Made by a program: the position numbers and the translations under genes. A DNA stretch of 64,000 nt from contig CM097885.1 of NCBI GenBank assembly GCA_044892525.1, positions 181,226,001 to 181,290,000 on the forward strand. Direction: 5' to 3'. Source of the DNA: Schmidtea polychroa. Taxonomy: Eukaryota. How positions within the stretch are numbered: the first letter of the stretch is position 1; every line of letters begins with the position of its first letter. Shown here piece after piece: positions 35,340 to 49,260 of the stretch. The notes below the pieces were generated by a model. The model did no database searches. It saw only the letters and a program-made list of their open reading frames with translations, and was not told the DNA's origin.

Positions 35340-36289
35340 TGATGATTTCATTGATCTCCTCTTTAGTGTTGATTGTTGGCCGTCTGTTTATGTTGAGAAT
35401 TGCCCCTTTAAATCTGAAATTTTTCTTTCTATTGGCTAAGATTTTAATTAAATTTTTTTCTTTCTTTCCTTGGTTGACATTGTTAGAGATGTCTGTATAC
35501 CGAGGATTTTCAAACAGGATCTAGACGTTCTTTAATTCTTTGGTGCAAGTTTCTGAACATACTTCCAATGTATATTTCTTTGCATTCATTGCACGTGGTG
35601 CACTAGACAACATTTTTTCAGAAACATAGTTTTTTCAGTGTCTGGCAGTTTTCCATTGTGCAAATGTTTTCTTTTGTTGTGTTGTTTGCCAGAGCTTCCC
35701 TCAATGTCCAAGATTTATGTGCTATATAATTTGGAAAGCCAGTGCGTTAAAGTTCTTTCAGGATCTTGAAATCGAGTATGCCACTGATTAATGGAATATT
35801 CAGATAAAAATATTTCTTAGTATAAAATGATGATTGCTTGGTAGCAGCATTTATTATTTAAAACAATAAAATGATAATTTAAGCCTTTTGCTGCAAATAA
35901 TGTATTTAATGAAAGAATTTTCGACTATACGATAGTCCTTGTCAATTGACAAGGACTATCGTATAGTCGAAAATTCTTTCATTAAATACATTATTTGCAG
36001 CAAAAGGCTTAAATTATCATTTTATTGTTTTAAAAAATATTTCTTCTTTATTGTGTTGTATCTTTAGATTTTTTGGGGTTGAATTCATTTTTTTAATGTC
36101 CTTATTGTGATATCCGTTTCTGTGTAGGACTTTATTGAAGTTTAATTGCTGTTTATAGTGCTCATTTTCTTCAATATATTGACTGGTTATCCTTTGTTTC
36201 TCGTTTTTTATGACATTTACTTTCTGTAAGTATGGAAATGCCGATCTATTGTGCAAAAATATTTCTGTGTGAGCTAGTTTTTTGTAGAA
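35340..36289 (-). mobile_element. Penelope-like element remnant (GIY-YIG end), interrupted by a palindromic insert
   Basis: Nucleotide-level similarity to 61965-62680. FPYLQKVNVIKNEK..FNKVLHRNGY parallels FNKILHRNGY in the other copy. Confidence 0.85.
35857..36034. repeat. Perfect 178-bp spacerless palindrome
   Basis: Centre GTCAA/TTGAC between 35945 and 35946; the arms pair without mismatch out to 35857/36034. Confidence 0.95.
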
Positions 36290-37639
36290 NNNNNNNNNNN
36301 NNNNNNNNNNNNNNNNNNNNNNNNNNNNNNNNNNNNNNNNNNNNNNNNNNNNNNNNNNNNNNNNNNNNNNNNNNNNNNNNNNNNNNNNNNNNNNNNNNNN
36401 NNNNNNNNNNNNNNNNNNNNNNNNNNNNNNNNNNNNNNNNNNNNNNNNNNNNNNNNNNNNNNNNNNNNNNNNNTTTCAATTAAATAAGTAAGTCATTTCT
36501 GCAATTTTCATTAATTGATAATATTTCCCATTACATGATTTCAATAATTAGTGGGTTAAAGAATATTTTAATGAAGATACAAAAGTCATAAAAGGTTTAA
36601 CTACTAATGAAGAAAATTGTTTGGTGGAGATTTCTTGTTAGAATTCCTTAAAATTGTATAGTGTATTATTAAACAAGGAGCTGTAACATTTATTCTTATT
36701 TGTTAAAAATTATTTATATGAACTCTAGCAATTTCATACAAACAGCCAAAATATAGGAAGACCTAGGATGGAACCTGATTTGAGAGTACAAGTAAGCAAA
36801 ATATTTCAGAACTTGTTTCATTCAAATAATCTCATCCTTCAAATTAATTAAAATTTCGTGTTGTATTTTATTTATTGTACTTACATAAAATTTTTTAATT
36901 ATTTTGTTGATCTAAATTTACCCAGGAATTTGGTAATGTTGGTACCAGCTTCATTATTGTATGCTTCTAAGATTCAAGTTTGAAGCGTAGACTACACTGG
37001 TACTGAGATATTATGAGATATTAAACTTGAAATAAACATTTACATTTTAGCTAATTTGATGTCAATATGTCACTATAGTGGGGCTAACTTTAAAGTCTCA
37101 GGGATTTTTGTATTTTATTTAAATCCCAGTATTTTTGAACAGGAATGGTAAGATATTTTCAATAAATGTTTTAACATGAGAAATTACCGTAATATTTTAA
37201 AATTAAGTAAATTAGAGTAAAAATTTTAAAGTAAATATTATTGGGCGCTTAGGGTGTGTTGTGATGGTGGTGGTTAAGGGAAGGGATAACTGCTCAGAAG
37301 AGACTCCTTCCTAAACGGCCATTATGATTATTAACTGTCTGCCACATGTCCACCCATGATATTGAACATGTTGGTGATGTACACACGGGTTGGAATTCAT
37401 GAGCAGGCGAGCCCCTGCGTTAGTATTACTCCTCATGATATTCTCCTTTCGGGTCCTCGAATGCTACGAAACCTCTGGTCCAGTTGAGGTCATTCTTAAT
37501 CACTTTCTTTTTCTTTCACGCAACCGTTCGACCGAAATATCTTACGATCTCTTGACACCGATGAGGCAAACAAAAACATACAACATCAAAATTATATTGA
37601 GACCATTACAGACAAAATACTCATAAATTCCAATACACT

Positions 37640-37850
37640 AAACAAGTTATATAGAATATTCATAAGAGACAGTCGGATCACAAAACAAAAGAAATCGTTA
37701 ATCAAATCATGTACATTGCTCGGATGGCTGTCAACTCTGCCTATTATAAGAACTCACCAGGTTCATTTAAAAGAGCCGTAATATCGAGCTCCAATTGTGG
37801 ATCACGGATCAGTGGAGTGCCGAATATAGGTACGACTCGGTACTCCCAGT
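37640..37850 (-). pseudogene. Possible degenerate RNase H (retroelement) remnant
   Basis: The minus strand gives AELTAIRAMY...FVL*SD, resembling the AELxAI...TD/SD motifs; several stops. Confidence 0.25.
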
Positions 37851-40094
37851 ACTGAGCAGTGCTTGGTTATAGATTCCTTTCTTCCCGTACTAGGGACGGC
37901 AAACAACGAGGCAACATGATATCAAGAATCAAAAAAAGGCTCTAAGACAAATAGTATAGTTTCTGATAGGTTTTGGTTGCATTCAAATAGATCTTGAAGT
38001 TGCAAATGTTTTCAGTCTCACATTCACAAATTATTATCGTATTTTTTGTTATCTTTACCATAAAGGTTCAGAAGCTGATACGTTCTATCTACGGCACCGT
38101 TGATTCATCTAGTGATAACTCTTGTTAGGTATATACAGACTTTGAAATTTCGAAAATAGAGTAATTCGTGAGGCCTAAATTTATAAGCTCTGTCCTCATT
38201 AGATTTATTTTTTCAATTATTACAAAGATGGAAAAATGAAAAAAATTTCTCGAACCTCACACTGCTCATAGTTTTAGGAAATATTGGTGCTTTTAGTATT
38301 TTCTGCCGTCCTATTTTTTATTATATCTCATTAAATATCTTTAGAAGTTTTTATAAAATTGTTCCATTCATCACATGTATAAATTCATTTTAAAATCGAC
38401 TAAATCAAATAAAAGAATATAAAAAAACCGCCACTTCACTGATACCCTTTGAATTTATTAGTTCAACAGTTACTCTAAGGTTGGTGAAGTGACTTTCGCT
38501 ATAAAATTCTGAATTACTCAAAGATTCAGATAAAGTATCTGAATGCAATTCATAGAGAAGATCTTCACCGTCACGACCCATGAAGGTTGAAATTTTTACA
38601 ATATTAAAATCATGATTAATATTCCAAAAATACGTATAAAAATGCAAGCAACTACTAACTAACTAAAATTATTATGAAGCTGTTATATAAGCAAATGTAT
38701 GTGCAAACACGAGTTAAAATTTTATGATATACACCGTAAATAATATCAAAAATAATATCAAAAAAATCAATAAATTATATTATAATAAACATACAAACTC
38801 ACCTCTTTGCTAAACATTCATTAGCAGTTACAACAGTTAATTTATTATAGCATTCCAAAAAGGGTAGAAAATTTAATGATTAGGATTAAATAATCAAACA
38901 AGCGATAAAATACATTACCTAAAATATATATATCCATTTTTAAGAAAATATTTATTAAAATTATTGTTAAAAAATCATTTACACCATATTAAAAAAATAT
39001 TTTACAAAATCTTTGATAAAATATTAAATTATCGGCGGTTGAGTTTTTTTAATTTTATTATTTATTAAATTTAAAAATTAAGAATAACTTACATTTATTG
39101 AAATAACTTTGTCATTAAAACCCATATAAATAATTTAAAATGTGAAATTTCTATAATTTTATATAAAATCATGACAATAATTTATAGGCAGTTACACCTA
39201 ACCCTAACCCTTTTTTTCAGTATTTTCAGTGGATGACTCACCATTTATGAGAAAGTGAAGTTATTTACTTCATTTATTCAATTTTATAAATGGTTTTCAA
39301 GTAAGTTTTTTAAATTTAAGTAAGTTTTAAGGTTTAAAATATGGATTTTATATAATTATGATATCATTATTAGCTCTTAAACATTATTTTTAGTCAACAT
39401 TTTGATGATAAATTATTTTTAATTATTTTTCAGGTTTTTTGTGATTTTTATGAATTTATTTGGAATTATTTCGATATAATGTAAGTCAGATATATTTTTA
39501 ACTATAAATAAATAAAGTAATCACCAAACACATTTATTTTTTAAGACGTTTAGGCACACATTTTAGGAAAGACGAATTTTGTCATTTTTGTAATTATATG
39601 AAAATATTATTTTTTTTAAATAAATTATTAAAATTTATGATTTTTGAATTTTTTTCTGCAAATCCAAAGATGTCGATGAACCTTGTTGAATATTAGAAAT
39701 GCTACCTTCACACAAATGCATTTGACAAGAAATATCTGATATACTGTAAAATATTTTAATTATTTGTAATTAAATGAAAAAGATCTTCACCTTCGCAAAA
39801 AAGTAGTGTTTCCGGAGAAATATCTTAAAATCTAAAGAAATATTAACTTCAAAAATATTTTATAAATAGATCTTACGATGTTTTATCGTCTTTTTATCGA
39901 AAGCTTAATAATTTTTGCATGTGTTAAATTAAGCTTAGAGTTGTACGATTCAAAATCTAATATTTTTTCCGCAATGATTTTTTAATATATTGAAAATAAT
40001 GATATATTAACAATATGTTAATTACTTTTAACTTTCGGAATAAAAAATGCAATAAAAAAATTGCATGTATTTTATAATATGTGTGCTGTGTTTG

Positions 40095-41523
40095 TGTAAG
40101 ACTAAAGACGTTTTTTTGAAATTCTATTTTACAATATTTTCATAATATTTAAACAACATTAATTGTTTAATATTACACTATTCCTACATCCTCACCAGAT
40201 TCATCTGAATTTTCAACCACTTTTTCTAATATAGGCCACGTGCCGCGGCATATCATATCCGTTACACCTGACTAAAAATTTTGTATTTGATAATGGTTTA
40301 ATGATATGCCCGTATTTCCATCTTTCTGTGCATTTTTCATCCAAATTCGGTTTTATCACTATTGGGTCAGCGGCAGAATATTTTACTTCGATTATTATCT
40401 CCTTTTTATTGTAGCTTGGCCGATTCAGTTTTGGATTATATCTAAATATGGCTCTAGATGGACAAATATTATTTTTCTTTGGCGTATTGTTGAACCAATA
40501 CACAGCTTCTGTGGTCGTTCCTGGGGACCTAGCTGCTAGCGATTTGATTGTCCGATGGCTGCGTACAATGATCCCGTTTCCAGCTGGGCAGTTCACTGTT
40601 CTAAATATCAACTCAACATTCCATTTATTTGCTAATTCTTGAAATGTTCTAGATGTAAACATGCTTTTACATCACCAGTTACTTCTAGGAGTCTCACATA
40701 TTCACAATTCTTGGGGCCACACCCGACTCCACATTGTTGATCTTTACCCGACTTGCAAAACCTTGAAAAATGTCCCATAATACCGCATTTTTCCACATGA
40801 TTAGCACTATTGCATATATAGCATTTTCGATTGTCTAGTCTTCCACTATCTGATCTTGGTACTACTAATGCAACCGTTTCATTGTCATAAAATTGATGAC
40901 TTGTGATTTTCTTTGCATGAGCGACTAACCAATTCATTGTTGACATCTTTAGTTGATTTGACAAATGACTTGGTAAGTTATTTACAAAAAATCGGGTTAG
41001 TAGATCACCTGAACATTGACCTTAATTAATTTACATGAACATCCAAGTTATCACAGATTAACCCTTTCGTGGACGCACTTTTTAGTTGCTGTTCCCAGAA
41101 TAGACGTCATGACGGCTATACACGTCATTGTCCATTAAAGGGTTAATAACTTTTTCTGTAAAAGTTGCTTCCTTATACCGAAGGTTTTCAATAATTTCTT
41201 CTTCAGCATTCCCAAATCCATTGTCGTGTTGCTTTTCTTTAACTGTTTGAAAACTGCATAAGATTGCCCTTCAAGTAAAAATGGCATTACATTCATGACA
41301 TCTTTCACATTCTTGGCTTCCAAAATAATTTCGAGTTTGTCAAACCATTCTTTCACATCTATATTTTTGCCATCGAATTTTCCAACATTTTCAATTATAA
41401 TCTTGCTGATTTCCATTGCCCGGATAGCATGTTAGACTAAGCACTTTTTTTTGAAATTATATTTTATAACATTTTCATAATATTTAAACAACATTAATTG
41501 TTTAATATTACACTATTCCTATG
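40095..41523 (-). mobile_element. Ty3/gypsy-like LTR retrotransposon deletion derivative with 94-bp LTRs
   Basis: Direct repeats 40095-40188 and 41430-41523. Gag N-terminus (FDGKNIDVKEWF..PFLLEGQSY), CCHC knuckle remnants, integrase C-half (NGIIVRSHRTIK..YWFNNTP..W..G), and PPT GGTGAGGA abutting the 3' LTR. No RT/RNase H and no TSD seen. Confidence 0.85.
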
Positions 41524-44500
41524 TAAATTTATTTTTCTGTAACTTTCTCAATTACTATATAAAAACTTTTAACTTTAGGAACATTAAATTTTTACACACA
41601 GGTAAGTTTGTGTGTTCCTATACCATAATTTTATCGATTTTTTTTGATTATAGAAACTTTTATATTTCGGATTTAGGTGTATAACTCATTTTTCTTTGTA
41701 TGTAAATCTTGCCAACACAATAAAATATTAATCAAATGCAACGTGGTGTAATTGTAAGTGTTAGTTGTTTTAAATGTGTTGATTGTACCGAAACAGTGAA
41801 TATGGTAAATATACTTTAGGACAATCTACATAAAAATATTCTAAATTTTTTTTAATTATTCTTATGAGTTACTAGCTTTTCTGTTCGGCTTTGCACCGGG
41901 AAGTTAAAAACCGCGCAGCTTACACAGCAACCAGAATAACCTTACACGGTTTGAGAGATATAGTAATGTGAATGAATGTATCGGATTTATCTTTTTATAG
42001 ATATATATTTAAGAAAAATGCCATTTTAGTTTGCGGCTTTATGGTTTGGGCAGTGCGAACAGAAAAAAGTGGTGCATCCACCCGCCCGCCCTCAAACATA
42101 TTTGTTTATAGAAGACATTTTATAATTTAGATAATAAACAATCTTTATAATTTTTAAATCATCATCTTCCTCCACTTCCACTTTTAACAAAAAAAACTTA
42201 CACTAAACTAGAAACAGTACAATTGGTAGAAAAATAAACATTAACTGAACACTTCAATGCTAATTACTCTTGAATCACTCAATTTGAATTTTAAATTCAA
42301 AATATAAAATTGTTATAATGTTAAGATGGCAAATATACCAACAAACATGTTTAGAGTTTTATAGTTTAAATAATTGTAAAATGTGTACATTATAAGGTGA
42401 CAGGGCTGAGATGTAAACTTTTGTCTTCAAATGAGTTCCTTTTCTTCATCATATGTTCTTGTCCTTATAACTCCTTGTCTAACCTTGTAAAAATCATAAT
42501 AAATGGATTTGTTGAAAATATTTCAATTCAAGGAATAAAAAGTAAAGTCAAGTTCGAATTTTGCCCAGCTAATTCAGCTCCAAAATCTTTGTTGACTACG
42601 AATTTATGAGTTTTATGACATTTTTCAATGGGAACAACTTCTTTGAGGTTAATATCACAATTTTGCAGCCCTCTTTACATTTTTGGTAAACTGAGATACT
42701 TATACATTTGTAAGTTCTGACCAAACCAAAATAAAATCTTGACAGGAGCAGGTTATTGGGACGAAAAATCATTTTAAAAATATATAGTAATGTACTATGA
42801 ACACAATCTTCCACCCTCTTCCCCCCCCCCCCAACTCTGTTATTATGAGATTTTAAACTTCCATTTGATGTTAGTGACCATAATCTGAGTATAAATCAAC
42901 CTTTTTGAATTTGATCCTCAATCAAACTTAATGACCTTGTCGACTTATTGAGGACATAAATTGTAATGGGAGCAGAAGAGGAGATTTTCCTTGTAAACTT
43001 AATTTTAAAATAATTAATAATAACACATTACCAAGCCATTATGATTTGTTTGGTGGTGTTAGACATAAAAATAAAAAATAAGATTATAAAAATAAGAGAT
43101 TGTCGGTTTATTGAGAGTCATAAAGGAAACAAAAATTTTATCGGGCTAGATATTGAAATGGTACCTTGAGATTAGAGTATATGACTGATTTGCGTAGAAA
43201 TATATAATCATGATAGAAAGTGCATCCTAGAAAGTTTATTTTCGACTTCACATTCAAAACTAACAAACGACCCAATATAAACAACTAAAAAAACCCCGCG
43301 ATTTAAAGGATTTCCATTGGTTAAAAACAGATCCTTCACTCGCGTTTGTTTTAGTCACACTCATTTCTAAGTTTAATTTCTAAAATTAACTGAAAAAAGT
43401 TAATAAAAAAAAACTTTTTAAAAAACAATAATACAAACAATAAAATCAGAAAATAAAACATTTGAATAAAATGTAAATAATATACAACACAAAAGAATTA
43501 GGTACAAGCTCTAAGTAGTTTACTCGGCGAATTTTCAAACAATTCAAATTGATATTGAATAAGGAAATGGGAACTCATTGAATTAATTATATTTTCTAAT
43601 TTTTAATAAAAATGCAAAAGTAGTTTTTGTAACTTTGATTTTGATGAGGATCGCAATTAGTTACACACAAAATTAGCTGTCTCCCTTGTTACTTTCAACT
43701 GTCACTTCGTCGCTGCGTGTGTGAGATTCAACTGCTTTGAATAATCGGAAATCCAGAGAGCCGATTCATCTTGAAGCGCTCAGTCAACCATTACAATTTG
43801 AGATAAATCACTGCTTGCTTTCTCATCATCATAATTAGCACAATTGACAGAATACTCAATAACGAAAGCATCCTTCGGGGAGGACGCAGGGTAACTGGTA
43901 AAGTGTAATCTCAGAAGAAATAAGGAGCCGACTTGAAATAAAAAAAAACAAATCAAGTTTTAAATGAAGCAACTCAGTGGCCTCGTGCTCACGGAATTTC
44001 TAAAAAAAAAATTTTTTTAACAGAATAATAGCATGTGTGTAGTGGGATCTGATTCTCTCACCTCTGTTCTTGTATTCTGTCGCTTACCTAGCCTATGTAT
44101 CATATCCATAATCGTGTCAGAGCAACAGATAGAGATACTCTATCTAAATGAATCTCAACTCCACACTTAATTTAAAATAAATTAGTGTAAAATTTGTCTG
44201 TGTGCGCCTCAAAGACAAAAAAAGCACAATCATTGAAACGTGCGGAGGAATTGTAATTTGCATAACTTAGTCCAGGAAACCGCCGACAAAGAAACTACTA
44301 ACAGAAACCTTGCTAAATGCTACAATTAGCCTTGATGTTGGCAATTCAGCTTGCTTCAGTACTCAGAACGGAAAAATTAGAACAATTAAAGTGAAACAGA
44401 AATAATTTTAATGTAGTCGTATTTCATTGAAATGTTATTTATTATTGCAAGTGGCAATACAATTACACTTTGCGCTCTTTGAACAGTTCTGAAACCACTT

Positions 44501-45366
44501 TTCATTAATAGTTGTCTTGATTTTTTGTCGAATTTCTTTGATTGAAAAAGTTCATTAAAATTTATATACAGGGATTTTTTTGGTTAATTTCCATGTTTTA
44601 ATAAAAAAATTTATTAGTAAGTTTACTTTCAGACAATCGAAGAAAAATTTATCAAAAAAAATAATTGTAATTTGGTAGCTCATAAAGTTAATATTTTCTA
44701 GAAAAATTAATTTTANNNNNNNNNNNNNNNNNNNNNNNNNNNNNNNNNNNNNNNNNNNNNNNNNNNNNNNNNNNNNNNNNNNNNNNNNNNNNNNNNNNNN
44801 NNNNNNNNNNNNNNNNNNNNNNNNNNNNNNNNNNNNNNNNNNNNNNNNNNNNNNNNNNNNNNNNNNNNNNNNNNNNNNNNNNNNNNNNNNNNNNNNNNNN
44901 NNNNNNNNNNNNNNNNNNNNNNNNNNNNNNNNNNNNNNNNNNNNNNNNNNNNNNNNNNNNNNNNNNNNNNNNNNNNNNNNNNNNNNNNNNNNNNNNNNNN
45001 NNNNNNNNNNAATTTAGGGAGCTTACAAACAACACTATTTGAAACTACACAAAACGATTAAAAAGTTTAAATGCACCTTATTTGAAGTTCTATGAAATTT
45101 TGATTAGATGGATGAGAAGAGCTTAATTGAAACAGATAATTTTTTACAGAAAATATATAAAAATCAAATGAGTGAAGAAATTGAAGAAGAATTTAAATTT
45201 TTTTACAAAGTATATAAATATAATTTTAAAGGCTGCACGAAACTGCGCAAGCTTTAAAAAGATAATTGAAATGGTTTTTTTTAAATATATATCCAAATTT
45301 TGCTACTGCACTAAGAATATTTTTAAAAATTATAAAAGATCAACAATGGTCCAGGATAGCGTAGAT

Positions 45367-45641
45367 CAGTGTTTTCCGACCTTCTTTATACCATGCCCCC
45401 ACCGTAGTATTTTCAAATGTCATATGCCCCACTCGCCCCTTTGAAACTTCGATAATCAGTATTGCCAGTATGCAAAAATAACGTTCGATGAAATTGCTGT
45501 ATGCACGTTGTTATATTTAGTCGTGAATTAACATATATTAAAAAATATATATGTGGAACATTTGATAATTGCTGACGTGTCCAACCTCTGAAGCGGGGTG
45601 CCCCACCTCTGAGGCGTGATGCCCCACCGCCGGAAACACTA
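45367..45641. mobile_element. hAT-type MITE
   Basis: Ends CAGTGTTTTCCG / CGGAAACACTA; 8-bp TSD GCGTAGAT / GTGTAGAT. Confidence 0.75.
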
Positions 45642-46854
45642 GTGTAGATGGTCTGGCTCGAAAGTGCTATTTTAAATTTTCATTAAATTTCCTTTTAGTA
45701 TTTTTATATTTTGAATTACATTTTCTATTTTAATAAATTTTTTTTTCCCAACAGAACAATTTTTGAATTTTTTTCATTATATAGGGGGCCACGTACGTTG
45801 CTTGAACTGGGCCTGAAATTTGCTCTAACAGCCTCTGGTTTTATACATTTTCTTCTTAAATAATATTTTTTAATGATTTTAGGGTAACGCAAAATTTTCT
45901 TATAATTAAACGTTTTGCGTAACGTCAAAAAGATTATTACAGTTTAAAAACAATTTTTGGTTTTTATCTTTTTAACACTTTCAATTAAATGTTTTCAATA
46001 CTTGACNNNNNNNNNNNNNNNNNNNNNNNNNNNNNNNNNNNNNNNNNNNNNNNNNNNNNNNNNNNNNNNNNNNNNNNNNNNNNNNNNNNNNNNNNNNNNN
46101 NNNNNNNNNNNNNNNNNNNNNNNNNNNNNNNNNNNNNNNNNNNNNNNNNNNNNNNNNNNNNNNNNNNNNNNNNNNNNNNNNNNNNNNNNNNNNNNNNNNN
46201 NNNNNNNNNNNNNNNNNNNNNNNNNNNNNNNNNNNNNNNNNTATAATAATGAATATGAATTAGTAATAATTGTATTATAGAAAATAGCTCTTTTCTATTT
46301 TGGGCTTCCTCAAGACACTTGTTTTAATTTTCAAAATTATTCACTTTATTTTTAATTTAAATCCAACATTCATTCTAATAAAGAATTCTCTAATATTTTG
46401 TGGAAAAATCTTCATTTAACCAGCTGGTATTTGGAATACTTTTTTGTTTTATAGAAGTCACTTGAACTTTTTCACGAGATTTCTGGTACTGATCTCACGA
46501 GTCCATTTGATAGCAACTGCATTTTAATCGCATTTTATGTATAAATTGAAATTTTTAATAAAAATTGTTCTTTTTAACAGACTTTATTTCAGATATTTAA
46601 AATTTTTAAACCAAAGATTTTTATGTCAAATCAAAAATTTTGGAAATTCTTCCTTTTCGTCCCTTTTGAAAAACTACGAATAGACGGAACAGATTTTTGT
46701 ATTTTTATAGATAATCGTATGAAACAAGAGAATGGATTTTGATGCTTCCTTCTTAATCTTTTTATTTGAATCAATTACATTAATTTGCGGAAGTGATTAA
46801 AATCAAAATAATTTTATTTAATTTGGTGACTTTAAAGAAATTTAATAACTTTAA

Positions 46855-47034
46855 CCCTTCAGGCACGTATGACGTGCACAGCACGCGAATCACAGGGGCG
46901 TAATCCAACACATAATTTGTGTGTAAGTAGTTAGCCTCGTTTTAATATAATATTATGAATTTCACCATTATCTCTATAAAAAAAGTATCGTCCCTGGGAC
47001 TGAAAATCTGTTTCAGGCATACGAGCCTGAAGGG
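46855..47034. mobile_element. piggyBac-type MITE
   Basis: TTAA on both sides; TIRs CCCTTCAGGCACGTATG / CATACGAGCCTGAAGGG (16/17). Confidence 0.9.
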
Positions 47035-48740
47035 TTAATGAAGATATTTTATAAGTTTTCAATTGAACTAACCTTTCATTTGGAGGATTCTATAAATCTG
47101 AAAATACAAATTTGGATATTTTTGGATATAAAACAATAACGCCTTAAAACAATAATATAAAAATATCTTTAAATTTATACTATAGAAACACAAACTTGGT
47201 TTTTTTCTATTCATGGAATATACCCAGTTCCACTGGTCAACATTTCCTATATTAAAAAAATCAATAAATTTAAAAATATCGATAAAAGATTTAAACTTGT
47301 AATGGTGTAAAAATTTTTTTTTGTTTTTTTTTCGGATGTCTAGCATTTGAATAATATAAACATTACAAGCTTTGAATGTTTTTTGAATGACGCTTGTAAT
47401 GTTTATATTATTCAAATGTTAGACATCCGTAAAAAAAATTTTTTTACACCATTACAAGTTAAAATAGGTAAAGGTTTACGGAAGCACTTGTAAAAAGTCT
47501 CTGTGTATAGACTATTTTGGTCTCCAGAGATGAATATGATTTTTTATACGCCATGTTTACAAGTTTGCAAATATTTTTTTCTGTTAAATTAGCTAATTTG
47601 CAAGTGATGTGATTTCCAGTGTAGCAGGGAAAGTATGCAATAGAGTTGAATCAGCAATATTGTATGGCGCATAGTACTGGTGAGAGCCAAAAGCTCGAAA
47701 CTAGTCTACTATTGGGATTTGCACTGGGTATCACAAAGCTTGTAATGTTTATAAAAGATTTAAAACCTTTATTATTTGAAGAGACAATGACAGATAAAAA
47801 TTTTCAATTTAACGCCAAAATTTCTACTGAAATCCAGTTTACTACTCTGGGAGTTGTCGAGAAAATAAAGATATAAAATATTAAATGATAAAGACGAATT
47901 TTATTCTAAAATCTTATTACGAATACCAAAAAGTTCAAAACTCTATAATTTACAAATTTATATAGATAAACTTAAAAAGTCAACATAAAAACCTAAAAAT
48001 ATTACTATTTCATAAATATTCACCATTTTATTCTCAAAATGCATAAATAAAAATAAAATAAATGGCGAATAATATAAAAAAGTAAATTTAAGTTAAAAAT
48101 TATGAAACTTTACTATAATTGTAAAAATACCAAAAAACCAAATTTTGTAAATTCATAATTGGAAAAAAATTAATTTCGGACAAATTATGACTCATCTATT
48201 GATTTGCACACTGAGCTGTATTATAGACGGGGTTATTCTATGGAGACAGATGTAAATCAGGTTTAGCATGTTTAATTTCTTTTCTAACCATTTGTCTCCA
48301 TCAAAGGGTATAAATAATGCCAGATAAGGAAACATAATATATTCAGATGTATATTAAAATTTATATTTTTCATTAAATTTACATTTTTAAAAGTATTTTT
48401 AAATATATTTTTTATTTTTTAATGCTAATGTTTTATGAAATGGAAATTTCATCTATTAGGAATTTCTGGTTATTTATGATTTTCAAAAACGGTTAATTAA
48501 ATTTCATTAAAATATAGATTTTTAAAACAATTCTAGAATGTTTTCATTTGCAAATAATTCTAGAAAATATTATTTATGTGATTGTAGTAATTTTCCAACT
48601 GCGTTGTGGTTTTGATTAATATTTTTAACCTTTTCCTGAATACCTAAAAATAATTAACTTTAAATTTAATGTTTCATATATAATTATAAGAACTTTTTTT
48701 CAATTTTCACCTCTGATTTCCTTTCAATTGACGTTGTATT

Positions 48741-49172
48741 GGTATCCGGACTATTCGTCCCCGGACGATTCATCCACGGACTGTTCATCCAAAATACCAA
48801 TTTTATATTAGAAAAAATAAATAAAAAAATAAAAATAAATTAATTTACAAATTTAAGCGATGGGAACCATTATGGCTCAGCTACATTTCCAATCCCAATA
48901 TGGAATCAGTACGAGCATTGTGGTGACGGAATCGTGCTGATGCAGGATACGGAAGAACAAATGTGTTTATATATCTTAGGGCAATTATACATTTGTCGCA
49001 CAGTTAACACTTTGTTCAACTATTAAAATTTATTTAGTTCTTTTTTAGTTCCTTTGATTTAAATATGTTAGTAAATTTGTGAATTAATTTATTTTTTTAT
49101 TTCTTTTTTCTAATATAAAATTAGATGAACAGTCCGTGGATGAATCGTCTGGGGACGAATAGTCCTAGAACC
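48741..49172. mobile_element. Non-autonomous TIR element (~110-bp TIRs, 8-9-bp TSD; Merlin- or Mutator-like)
   Basis: GGACTATTCGTCCCCGGACGATTCATCCACGGACTGTTCATC and its reverse complement; TSD GTTGTATT (48733-48740, 49173-49180). Confidence 0.85.
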
Positions 49173-49181
49173 GTTGTATTT

Positions 49182-49260
49182 ATTAAAAACTTGATTATAA
49201 ATCAGTAAAGATATAAAAAAACATCGTTATCTTTATTGATTCATAGTCAAGTCTTTTAAT
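49182..49260. repeat. Small fold-back element related to 24357-24477
   Basis: Arms ATTAAAAACTTGATTATAAATCAGTAAAGATA / TATCTTTATTGATTCATAGTCAAGTCTTTTAAT share TATAAATCAGTAA with the 24.4-kb hairpin. Confidence 0.65.

Noticed and set aside
39195-39215. CCTAACCCTAACCC telomere-like motif
   Set aside because: Only about two units; expected by chance or as part of a repeat.
43970-44100. tRNA-derived SINE-like segment on the minus strand
   Set aside because: The A and B boxes are too degenerate to support a call.
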